Below, piece by piece: positions 24,089 to 35,500 of a DNA stretch of 64,000 nt. The translations under genes and the position numbers were made by a program. The notes under the pieces were generated by a model. It was given only the letters and a program-made list of their open reading frames with translations. It was not told the DNA's origin and searched no databases. The DNA comes from Gigantopelta aegis (lineage: Eukaryota). Each line of letters begins with the position of its first letter. Position 1 is the stretch's first letter. The stretch is from NCBI RefSeq assembly GCF_016097555.1, contig NC_054701.1, forward strand, positions 67,224,366 through 67,288,365, given 5' to 3'.

Positions 24089-26523
24089 TAAACCACGTCT
24101 ATTCTCATTGCTAGTTCGCTTGAGAGTGTACCCAGTTGTACATATATTTTATTTCTAAAGTACTAATCAAAATTATACCCAGGTAATTTTCGAGTCTTAC
24201 ATATTAGTTATAAAACTGCCTGGAATAAAAACCATAAAAATGTTTCTGTATTATCATGACCTGTTATGGTATTCCAACAACCGGTACCAAAAATGACAAT
24301 AAATGACCTATTTTGGTATATGCACCCGTATAACAGTTAAGGTATATAATATACCATTGACGCGAGGCCATGTTTAATTGAGAAGATTTCATTAAGTAGA
24401 TCTGTGTTTTTGTGGGACTTGTTTTGAGAATTGATTAATCGGCTATTATGACATTGATGTTGGTGCTGCTCCGTCGGCTGAGGGTGCTTTGAACTGCATT
24501 AGGTATATGGCCTCTCCTTATGAACATCATTCTAATAGTGGGGTCATTTGATTGGTAATTAGTAACGATGAACGTCCAGATTACAGTTCACATACACTAA
24601 ATGGCCTCTCAATGCATTATTCACCAATGGCTAAATTCGGATTGTTTGATAGGTATTACAATGCTTATATGCCGAGGATTCAAACATGCTTAATGTGGGC
24701 ATAGCATCTGATTAAAATCAGGAACACCTACCAAATCAAACCATTGTAAGAAGGGGACGGGGTATGAGCTGAATAAATGTTTAAAAGTTAATAAACAAAA
24801 TATACACAACAAAATGTACAATGAATATATAATAATGTTTAATTAAATAACAAACTCATTTTGAAATAATAATATCAGGTTGTTTAACAACAAACTTTCG
24901 TTTGCGTATAACCTAGATATAAGTTGTTTTCATTAATACAGAGGCCGAGATTACTCGGGTCCGAAATTACCAGAGCGAAGTTACCAAAGTCCGAAGTTAC
25001 CACGTTCCAAACTTGGGGGGCACTTGTTATACAGTTGGCAAAATGGGTCTTATTTCATAACTACTAGTATAATTGTCCTACAACTTAATATAATTGTCTT
25101 ACTACTAAACGTGATTAACCAACAATTAAAATTGATATCGATCTGTTAAACAATTATTGGCATAGAGTATAGCCTGACGTTTACACACGGTCGTCGGGTT
25201 TTTGACTTGATTTTGTAGCTGGCTTTATAGACGCTTGGTATAATGAACTATCAATAAGGCTATACAACCTTCTATATTGCTGATTGTTGTGAAATACCCT
25301 AGCAATCAAACACGGTATTATATGAGCGAATTCATACGAAGGCTATTTACCGGTAGAAAATAAACACGCAGTATGGGGATATCTGTAGTTGTCAGCACTT
25401 TTTGTCCAGTGGTTGATCGGCAGTGTTAGTCAAATCTATTTTAGGAATATTGCCGAGTTCATGCGTCAGTCGTAGTGTGGGTAAAAACCGACATTGCACA
25501 ATTCACGTGAAAAAAACACCGCCCCAGACTTGTCGAGCACACAGGGTTCTATCATTTGTAAGTATAGCAAGACAGACAGGTAGATATACAGTTTACTAGA
25601 TTTTAAAAATGTTGTCAGCTTATAACAGCGTGGTATATTAGTTGTTTATTACAAGGTCACTCACCATTCGTACTTAACATAATATAGGATAGACACAATA
25701 TTAATTTATATAAATTTTACATATGAAACATTTCGAGAATATTTTTATCAGGTGCGTGTGCAGGGGTTGCCCCCCCCCCCCCCACACACTTAATGACTTA
25801 ATGTGCGTTGTGCACTAGGTTGTAACATTAATTTGTAAGTATATGTAAACAAACGGGTAGGCATACTAGACTAGAAATATTGCGAGTTTTAAGTTATAAA
25901 GTATATAAGCTTAAGTATCACAAATGCAGCATAAAGTTTTATAATTTATGACTGTTAATAATCTCAGTATTTTATTTACATGTAATTTCCCCGTTAACCA
26001 TGTCCCATAACTCTTTAAGGGCCAGACTATACACATTGCCCCCCCCCCCCCCCCCCCGTTGAAAGATGATCGAAATTTAGATTTGAATAATAATTTTTTG
26101 TTTTGCCTTTTTACTCTGACCAATTATCTAGAAACTTAACAAGAATATGGGTCCTGTTTTTTCACTCAAAAGATATTTTTGTACTCTATCGTTTCTTTCT
26201 GCTAGCATTCTGCTGTACTTAGCCTCTGTTGTTTTTTTGAAGATAAAAGAATGGTGGAAACAAGTAAATCTTAGTAAACATTGGGGGAGTGGAGCTGATT
26301 GAGGTCAAGGACAAAAGCAAAGTTTCCAGAGGGGTTCGGGGGTATCCTTCCCCTGTAAAATTTTGAAAATTATGTCATGAAATGCCATTTTCTGCATTCT
26401 ACAAGTAATATTTTTGCCTGAGATTTATGTAACAGATATAATATTGTGATAAAGTTTCAGTTTAAATTTAATTAAACATTTTATTATTACGTTTAACAGA
26501 TTTGTCAGTAAGCAGCATTCAGC

Positions 26524-26663
26524 ATGGCAGCACCACGGAGATCAGAGGAGAATTCCATCTTCCGAATCCCCCCGTACTTCTACCTGCACTGCCTTGACCA
26601 GAATAGCAATGTGACCCGCTTGGAAATCGGGCCCAAGACCTACATCAGACAAGACAATGAGAG
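26524..26663 (+). CDS. MVP: MVP exon 1. Encodes [46 protein letters not shown](R)
   Basis: Matches the vertebrate MVP N-terminus ([43 protein letters not shown], from memory). Donor AG|gtgaga at 26664. Confidence 0.85.
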
Positions 26664-27454
26664 GTGAGACTCAAGATGTACAGTCTTAAAACAGGTCGTA
26701 AATTAAGTATTTGTTGCCCAGGGCGCTGACTTAACAACGGCATCGATGGCAATTGCCGTTGTTGAGATATAAATTGCTGTAGGTAGAGACCATCACCGAT
26801 AGCATTTTTGTGCTGCTGGATAAAAGTTACTGGCAAAATGAATATATCTGGTGTATGTTATCTGTCAGTATTTAACATTTGTACATTTGAAATATGTCTA
26901 CATGCAATAAAATAACCTGTAAGTCATATTTATTTTCTGTGAAAGTTGCCTTTTAAAAAAATTGCCATAGGTTTACTCAAAATTTCCATTGGTGGGCTGT
27001 TTCGCACACAGCAATTGTTTTCTTTTTGATGCCATGGGTGACAAATTCATAAGTTCCAGTCCTGGTTGCCCACAATTTAAAACCCCCAAAAAACTTGTCT
27101 TGGAAAAACAACTCACTAACTGCAATGTTGAATCTGACTACTGCAATTTTTATCAAGTTACTTGCAACAAATAAATATGACTGAAAGATTATTTTGCTGT
27201 ATGTAGACATATTTCTATATACAAATGTTAAATACTGGCAGATAATGTGTACCAGCTGTTTACATTTTGCCATAGTTATAAGCTCTACTGATGGCAGTGA
27301 GGTATATTCCAGCGGCACAAAAGTGCTGTCGGTAATGCCCCTGATCAACAGCAATTTATATCTTGTTAAGTTCAAGCCCTGTTAAAATAAAATCCAATCT
27401 TATTAGGTCACTTTGACCTTTAAGGTCTGTCATTATATCCAGGGCTTCTAGATT

Positions 27455-27840
27455 ATGATGTGGCGTCGTGGCAGGCCATCGGTCTACAGGCTGGTAGGTA
27501 CTGGGTTCGGATCCCAGTCGAGGCATGGGATTTTTAATCCAGATACCGACTCCAAACCCTGAGTGAGTGCTCCGCAAGGCTCAATGGGTAGGTGTAAACC
27601 ACTTGCACCGACCAGTGATCCATAACTGGTTCAACAAAGGCCATGGTTTGTGCTATCCTGCCTGTGGGAAGCGCAAATAAAAGATCCCTTGCTGCCAATC
27701 GGAAGAGTAGCCCATGTAGTGGCGACAGCGGGTTTCCTCTCAAAATCTGTGTGGTCCATAACCATATGTCTGACGCCATATAACCTTAAATAAAATGTGT
27801 TGAGTGCATCGTTAAATAAAACATTTCTTTCTTTTTCTTT
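27455..27840 (+). repeat. tRNA-derived SINE, family B, in MVP intron 1
   Basis: Head ggctggtaggtactgggttcggatcccagtcgaggc. Body is shared with family A. The tail ends ..gttaaataaaacatttctttctttttctttctag. Confidence 0.75.
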
Positions 27841-28904
27841 CTAGATTATGATAGCCCCACTCCCATGGCTTGTGATATCAATGTTGTGCTAGTAAATAAC
27901 TACTAATAAGATGCCCGACGGCTAGTCAATTTTTCTTTGTCAAATGTTGCAGTTAAGTCTTATTTTGTAAATATGATTATGCTGCCCCCACCCCAACCCC
28001 CAATCTTACTGTTTTTAAGCTCTATCTCCCTGTTTATGTGACATATCTGATTATTACTATTATTTAGTAAAATTGTATTAACTTAAAACTAAAGTAGGGC
28101 TGGTGAATTTTTAATTGTGGCTAGTAAAATTTTTTAAATCACTGATCCCATGGCTAGTGGATTTTATAACTATTCTAGTAACCGTGTTATATCTAAGCAA
28201 AGCTCAGGACTAGAAAGTAATGGCTGCGATATCTGTTGTCATCAGTCAACGGCTGTACTGGTTTGAACACTGGTTAAAAAATATTGTGATTGGTTAAACT
28301 TAAAGGGATAATTTTGTGTTTATTTGTTACAAAAATTACTGATTTAAAATAGCAGTAGTCAGGCTCAAAATGGCCAAAACCTTTAAAAATTGCTGTAGGT
28401 AACAAATTATTAAGTTCAAGCCCAGAAAGCCAGTGTCACACGATATTCAGATGATCTGTTATTTGACCAATCAAATTACACTTAATATTGTAGACACTTT
28501 ATATAAAACTTAACAATTGGCTAATTTGGCAATAGACTTGATGAGCCCTTATTATAATTTAATCCCTGATTTCTACTTCATTTCCAGTCTGGGAAAGTGC
28601 ATATAAAAGATACCTTGCTGTATTAGGGAAAAAAGTAGCAGGTTTCCTCAAATGACTACGTGTCAGAATTACCAAATTTTTGACATGCAATCGCCGATAA
28701 TCCGACGCCATATAACCATAAATAAAATCTGTTGAGTGCATCGTTAAATAAAACATTTCCTTCCAATAGCTGATGATGACTTAATCAATGTGCTTTAATG
28801 TTAAACAAAATAAACTTTAACTTTTTTTATGTATGCATGGATCTGCTGGTTTTCTCTCTCAAAACTGGAACAGTTTGTAACATTTTAACTTAATCCCTTA
28901 ATTT

Positions 28905-29240
28905 GTGGGGCAGGACGTAGCCCAGTGGTAAAGCGTTCACTTGCTGCACAGTCGGTCTAGGATCGATCCCCATCGGTGGACTCATTGGGCTATTTCTTGT
29001 TCCAGCCAGTGCTCCACAACTGGTGTAACAAAGACCGTGGTATGTACTATGATGTCTGTGGGATGGTGCATATAAAATATCCCTTGCTGCTAATTGAAAA
29101 GAGTAGCCTATGAAGTGGTGACAGTGGGTTTCCTCTCTATATATCTCTGTGGTCTTTAATCATATGTCTGACGCCATATAACTGTAAATAAAATGTGTTG
29201 AGTGCGTTGTTAAATAAAACATTTCCTTCCTTCGTTCCCT
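28905..29240 (+). repeat. tRNA-derived SINE, family A, full length, ending 23 nt before MVP exon 2
   Basis: tRNA-like head gggcaggacgtagcccagtggtaaagcg..ggatcgatcccc carries A-box-like and B-box-like blocks. Tail ..gcgttgttaaataaaacatttccttcc. Confidence 0.8.
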
Positions 29241-29262
29241 TAGTTTGTACTATAATTTCCAG

Positions 29263-29582
29263 AGTGGTGTTGGGTCCCGAGAAGATGATCATTGTTCCCC
29301 CGCGCCACTACTGCGTGGTGGAGAACCCCGTGATCCGAAACAAGGACCTGGAGATCGCCTTCAATGAGGCGGGGCAGGTCAGGCTTCACCACGCCGACCA
29401 GGAGATCCGCCTCGCCCAGGAGCCGTTCCCACTGTACCCGGGGGAGGTGCTCAAGCAGCCAGTCACACCCCTTAAAGTCGTCCCGGCCAACTCGGCGCTT
29501 CGGCTGAGGGCGATCCTCGACTTCGAAGACCAGACGGGAGAGAAACGGACAGCAGGCGATGAGTGGTTGTTTGAAGGACCAG
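29263..29582 (+). CDS. MVP: MVP exon 2. Encodes (R)[55 protein letters not shown](G)
   Basis: Acceptor atttccag| at 29261-62. Donor G|gtaaga at 29583. Aligns with human [48 protein letters not shown]. Confidence 0.9.
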
Positions 29583-30694
29583 GTAAGAATAAAATGATGG
29601 ATGTAGTTATAAATCTATCGTTTGTCTCACAGTGAACACCTTTTTTTTCTTCATACTATGGAATTTACTACATACTATGGAATTTACTACAAGTTATTTA
29701 TTTCAGAGCCGTAGCCGATGATGAATTAATCAATGTGCTCCAGTGGTGTCGTTAAACAAAAACAAACATTTTTAAAATTTCTGAGCCAATTGTTTAGGTT
29801 TTTTTGTTATTTCCAGAGCATGTTTACTTTTCTTCTTATGTCAAACCAAACTGAAATTATTTATAAAAAACCCCTTTTTTGTAGGATGGGACCGGACAAT
29901 AGTTGTGCATTATAAACTAGCTCTTATACCATTTAATGGGTTTTTTCTTTTTTTAAATTTAATTTGTTTTTTTTTATATAAATTTTATAAACCCCAGAAA
30001 CAAATTTGGTAGTGTCAGGGTATACCATTTTACATAAAATGGAACAAAACCACCAATTTTACATTAAGACATATTCCAAAATTGACAGTCCTGTCTGTGG
30101 GATGGTGAATATAAAATATCCCTAGCTACTAATGGAAAAATGTTGCAGGTTTCCTCTCTAAGATGGATCCAATCAACTGATTGGGTTTTTTCTCTCATTC
30201 CAGCCAGTGTATCATGACCAGTATATCAATGGCTGTGGTGTGTGCTATCCTGTCTGTGGGATGATGCATATAAAAGGCCCCTTGCTACTAATGGCAAAAT
30301 GTAACATGTTTCCTCTCTAAGACTATGTCAAAATGACCAAATGTTTAATATCTTATAGCTGATGATTAATAAATCAATCTGCTCTAGTGGTGGTGTTAAA
30401 CAAATGTTTTAACTAATGGGTTATACACCTTCCATTCTTACCAGTTCTTATACCCCATTTTATGTTAGGATGTTAAGACTAAAGTCAAAAGCTAGTAGAT
30501 TGTTTTTGTACTAGCACAACTCAGTACCATAAATGTTCTAGTCTGTGCACACTTCACAACAACCATCTCCACACCCAGCAGACTCCCACTGGTCAGGTGA
30601 AATGATTTTACAAGTTCATAATTTCAAAAAAAAATCTGAATTCTCAGAGATGTCTTTTGAAAATATATTAATTTGCTGTATGTTTCTATCACAG

Positions 30695-30921
30695 GCACAT
30701 ATATTCCCAGGAAAGAAGTTGTCGTGGAAGAGGTTGCTAGGGCGACTGTGATAAAACCGAATCAGGCGATTCGCCTGCGTGCGAGAAAGGAGTGCCTGGA
30801 CCGTGACGGCAATGCCCGCGTGACAGGAGAGGAGTGGCTCGTTAAGAAGACAGGTGCCTACCTGCCCGGGGCGTACGAAGAAGTCATTGATGTCGTCAGT
30901 GCATACATCCTCACAGAAAAG
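30695..30921 (+). CDS. MVP: MVP exon 3. Encodes (G)[64 protein letters not shown]
   Basis: Acceptor tttctatcacag|. Donor AAG|gtagtc at 30922. Aligns with human [43 protein letters not shown]. Confidence 0.9.
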
Positions 30922-31142
30922 GTAGTCTCACCTGACAGGGTTTCATTTTATTTTGTTTTTATTATGTTTGTTTTTTTCTCATTCTAACTAGTGCCACATA
31001 ATTAGTATGTGCTGTCCTGTTTGTAGGATAGTGCATAAATAAAAAAGATCCCTTGCTGCTAATGGAAAAATTTACTGGGTTCCTGTGAAGACTGTGTCAG
31101 AATTACCAAATGTCTGCCATCCAATAGCTGATGATGACCGAC

Positions 31143-31522
31143 CTTGGTGGTGTCATGGTTAGGCGATCGGTCTACAGGCTGGTAGGTACTGGGTTCAGAT
31201 CCCAGTCGAGGCATGGGATTTTTAATCCAGATACCGACTCCAAACCCTGAGTGAGTGCTCCGCAAGGCTCAATGGGTAGGTGTAAACCACTTGCACCGAC
31301 CAGTGATCCATAACTGGTTCAACAAAGGCCATGGTTTGTGCTATCCTGCCTGTGGGAAGGGCAAATAAAAGATCCCTTGCTGCTAATCGGAAAGAGTAGC
31401 CCATGAAGTGGCGACAGCGGATTTCCTCTCAAAATCTGTATGGTCCTTAACCATATGTCTGACACCATATAACCGTAAATAAAATGTGTTGAGTATGTCG
31501 TTAAATAAAACATTTCTTTCGA
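31143..31522 (+). repeat. tRNA-derived SINE, family B, in MVP intron 3
   Basis: Near-identical to the copy at 27455-27840. Confidence 0.75.
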
Positions 31523-31918
31523 ATAGCTGATGATTAATTAATGTCCTCTAGAGGTATCATTAAACAAAACAAACATTTAACAAATATTATGTAGACAAAG
31601 TGTCACAAAAATCGTATACTCCAAATAATTGTAGTTTTAATTGTTGTGGTATGTGCTGTCCTATCCTTCCAAAAAAGTACTTTCAAGAAATATATTTCTG
31701 TATACAGTAAAGTACACTTATAATGAATTACTGCATAGAACAAACTGATCGTAAAGTCCTGTTTTATCTCCCTATACATTGATAACCAACTTATGCAAAT
31801 GTGCACAGCGAACTGCTTCTATAACGAACTAACTATCAGGATCCCTTCCAGTTCATTATAAGAGTACTTTAACTGTAGCTACATTGTAAATGCTAACTGC
31901 AATATGTATGTGTTACAG

Positions 31919-32044
31919 AAAGCTCTGCACATGCGGGCGTTGAGGACGTTCAAGGATGACTTTGGCATGACACGGAAGAACGGCGAAGAATGGCTGATTA
32001 CTACCAAGGACACCGAGGCACACATCCCTCATGTGTATGAGGAG
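31919..32044 (+). CDS. MVP: MVP exon 4. Encodes [42 protein letters not shown]
   Basis: Acceptor tgtgttacag| at 31917-18. Donor GAG|gtgaga at 32045. Aligns with human [42 protein letters not shown]. Confidence 0.9.
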
Positions 32045-33437
32045 GTGAGACTAGCCGGGCTGTCTGTTACAGTTTATCATAGTGATGACGTCCATAAATA
32101 GTAGTTACTAAAACTGATCAGTCCCTGGTTGGGCCTCTGGCTTTCCAGAGACAGGACCCGAGACAGACATGCTCGAAACCTTAGTGGTATAGGAGCATGT
32201 TAAAATATATTGCACTTGCACTATAACTGTCATATTTGTCTTGCCTTTATGCAGTGAAAAAGGCAAGATATACGTAGAGATTATTATACGAGCTTGTGTG
32301 TTGTACTGATTTTACAAAACGAGGGTCAGGATTATTGTATTAACTGAGCGAGAGCGAGGGTAATACATGAATCCTGACATAAGTTTCGTAAAAATCAGTA
32401 CTATTCACATGCGAGTGTAATAATTTCTTTATTATACAAAATATTATTTTCATGAATAAAGAGCTAGGACCATGTCAAACTGTTTCAAACATAACTGAAA
32501 AGAGACGACGAAACGACGTCATTTTCCGAAATGATATCATTAAGATAAGCGTTTATACTGGGGAAGCTGCATTAAGTTATGACATTGCTACACAAAATTA
32601 CGTCATTCGCTGTGTAAGTGAAATCGTTAAGACACACGTGGGTCATACTGGATATATTTCCCTGAATATCTTGAACTATGTGGATAATAAATGTAGATAT
32701 TACTTTTCCCACAGAGAAAGCATTAACGTTTGCGGTATAGCTTAAGTTTTACGTTTAGATCCGTTTCTCACAGACTATAAGTCCTAGATAAGTGATACTT
32801 GTCTTATGGTTGTTCATGTGGATGTTCAGGTGCATGTGAAAAGAATTAAGAATTAATTAATTAAAAGTTTTGCTCAGCGTTAAAAGTTTTGTGTTTAAAT
32901 TCAATTCTCAAAAACCTTTTAAGTCCTAGATCAATAAAACTTGGTTTGTACTTGCAACTATGGATGTTCATCCAGTGGCGTAGCATGGGCGGTGCCACCA
33001 GGGCAGTTGCCCTGAGCACAAAATTCTGCTGGATTGGTGGAAGGGACTTGGGGAGTGCTAATGGTCCACTGGTTGGGGGGCGCAGTACTTGCCTTGCCCT
33101 GGACGCTGGTAACCCATGTGTTCATCACAATGCATGTGACTAAAATAAAACTTATTAATTACAATTTTTAATTGCATTTCTTTTATTCTACTTACAATTT
33201 GTGACACCCAATAGCCAATGTGTATTTTTGTGCTGGAGTGTCGATAAACATTTATTCATTCTTTTATTAAATTGTTTTTTAAAACATTCACTGAGATGAA
33301 CTTTTTATTGATGCAACTATCAATACCGAATACATTTATCGTAGGCGAGATGTTTACTTGAATTCTTGTTTGTTTATATAAACAATGTGATGTATTATGC
33401 ATCTTATTTTATGATGTATGTTAAACTTTGTGTTTAG

Positions 33438-33548
33438 GTTGTGGGTGTGATCAACATTACTACGCTTTCTAACAGACAGTACTGTGTGATTCTCGACCCC
33501 ATTGATGAAACGGGAAACCCTCGACTCGGTATGAAGAGACTGGTGAAG
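33438..33548 (+). CDS. MVP: MVP exon 5. Encodes [37 protein letters not shown]
   Basis: Acceptor tgtgtttag| at 33436-37. The donor is a GC donor, AAG|GCAAGT, at 33549-54. Aligns with human [37 protein letters not shown]. Confidence 0.85.
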
Positions 33549-34402
33549 GCAAGTCGTGTTTTTAGCGGACGTATGTACTAATGAATTTGAAAGATAAATA
33601 TACAACTGTGTGTTACTTTTATTCTGCTAATTGTGACCCCGTAATTGCTTTTAGAATAGTATAATTTTGATAATGAAATGCATGTTAATAATTACAATGC
33701 AGATTTGATGAAAAATATTTAGAAAATTATATATTATAAAAACTAATTCAATCTTAATTTTATTCCACATTATTTTACTTTAAAATATGCATTAAAATCA
33801 TGTATTTGATATTTTTAAAAAAAGAGTAATTTATTGTATTTTTGACATGCAATTCAGTACAAAACGTTGATGGTATTGTCATATTTTCCTCTGGTGCATC
33901 AAAGATATTCAGTGGTATTTACTGAAAATGCAAACAGACCCCTTGCTGCTGTTCATGTGACGTGGCTGGTCTGGTGACAAGAGGCTTTTTCTTTCCTTCT
34001 CTAGACCCAGTGTCGAAATAACTCTAAACAAAATAGCCTCAGTTTAAAATGTAGGCCTTCTGGACCCAAGCTTATAAAACGTGAGTCCAGACTCGATTTC
34101 TAATGAAGTCGCACACATTCATTTTGTCTGGGGGTGTAATGACATTAGTGTCACACTTAGTCTCGAGTCTAGACTCTTAATTGTTTTATAAGCACTGTTA
34201 AACACCATTCCTGTTCATTGTTCCTGGCAGTTACTATATAATGTATTAAACATGTGTTTGCAAGGAGAGAAGTCCTTCTTTCTGATGTCAAGGGAGAAGT
34301 TGGAAAAGGGAATTCAGAATGTGTACTATAATGCACTATTATGCACTATTGTGCACTATTAGGTACTATAATAAGCTGTAATGTACTAATGCATATTTTC
34401 AG

Positions 34403-34537
34403 GGAGAGAAGTCATTCTTTCTGATGCCAGGGGAGAAGCTGGAAAAGGGAATTCAGAACGTGTACATCCTGGGAGAGGACGAGGGACTTATCCTCCGCGC
34501 CACTGAGACGTTCAAGGAGAAGGATGTCGGGGAAAAG
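34403..34537 (+). CDS. MVP: MVP exon 6. Encodes [45 protein letters not shown]
   Basis: Acceptor gcatattttcag| at 34401-02. Donor AAG|gtaaaa at 34538. Aligns with human [33 protein letters not shown]. Confidence 0.9.
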
Positions 34538-34552
34538 GTAAAAATGGTTATA

Positions 34553-35500
34553 AACATAACACTACACACGTCAGGGGTGTAGACTGGGTGCTGGGGGGGG
34601 GGGTTTGGACGAACATATCCAGTCATACACATAACACACACATCAGGGGTGTAGACTGGGTGCTGGGGGGGGGGGTAGACTGGGTGCTGGGGGGGGGGGG
34701 GGGGTTTGGACGAACATATCCAGTCATACACATAACACTACACACGTCAGGGGTGTAGACTGGGGGGTGGGTGGTGTGTTTGGATGAACATATCCAGTCA
34801 TACACATAACACTACACACATCAGGGGTGTAGACTGGGTGCTGGGGGGGGGGGGGTGGGACGAACATATCCAGTCATACACAAAACACTACACACGTCAG
34901 GGGTGTAGACTGGGGGGTGGGTGGTGGGTTTGGATGAACATATCCACTTTCATACACATAACACTACACACATCAGGGGTGTAGACTGGGGGGCGGGGGG
35001 GGGGGTTTGGACGAACATATCCAGTCATACACACAACACTACACATGTCAGGGGTGTAGACTGGGGGGTGGGTGGTGGGTTTGGATGAACATATCCACTT
35101 TCATACACATAACACTACACATCAGGGGTGTAGACTGAGGGGTGGGAGGGGGGGGTTTGGATGATGAACATATCCACAGTCATAAACATAACACTACACA
35201 CATCAGGGGTGTAGACTGGGGGGTGGGGGGGGGGGTTTGGACGAACATATCCACTTTCATACACATAACACTACACGCATCAGGGGTGTAGACTAGGGGG
35301 GGTTTGGATGAACATATCCAGTCATACACATAACACTACACACATCAGGGGTGTAGACTGGGGGTGGGTGGTGGGTTTGGATGAACATATCCAGTCATAC
35401 ACATAACACTGCACACGTCAGGGGTGTAGACTGGGGGGTGGGTTGGTGTTTTTGGATGAACATTATACACATACACATAACACTACAGACATCAGGGATG
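34553..35500. repeat. Minisatellite in MVP intron 6. About 12 copies of an approximately 78-bp unit with a G-rich core (ggggtgtagactggggggtgggtggtgggtttgg)
   Basis: Successive units ..acataacactacacacgtcaggggtgtagactgggg..tttggacgaacatatccagtcatac.. read directly. ORFs 34453-34984 are artefacts. Confidence 0.9.

Larger units (their letters stand above)
22213..25007. mobile_element. Putative DNA transposon of about 2.8 kb, family unknown. It has 60-80 bp terminal inverted repeats built from a ggtaacttcggac sub-repeat and contains a GC-rich ORF
   Basis: Left end 22213-22290: ggtaacttcggactttggtatcttcggcctggtaacttcggacccgagtaatctcggcc. The reverse complement of 24943-25007, ggtaacttcggactttggtaacttcgctctggtaatttcggacccgagtaatctcggcc, is about 90% identical to it. 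Confidence 0.4.

Noticed and set aside
32889-33143. 84-aa ORF (..SMGGATRAVALSTKFCWIGGRDLGSANGPLVGG..)
   Set aside because: It coincides with a copy of the ccagtggcgtagc dispersed repeat that also occurs at 55535 and 56112.
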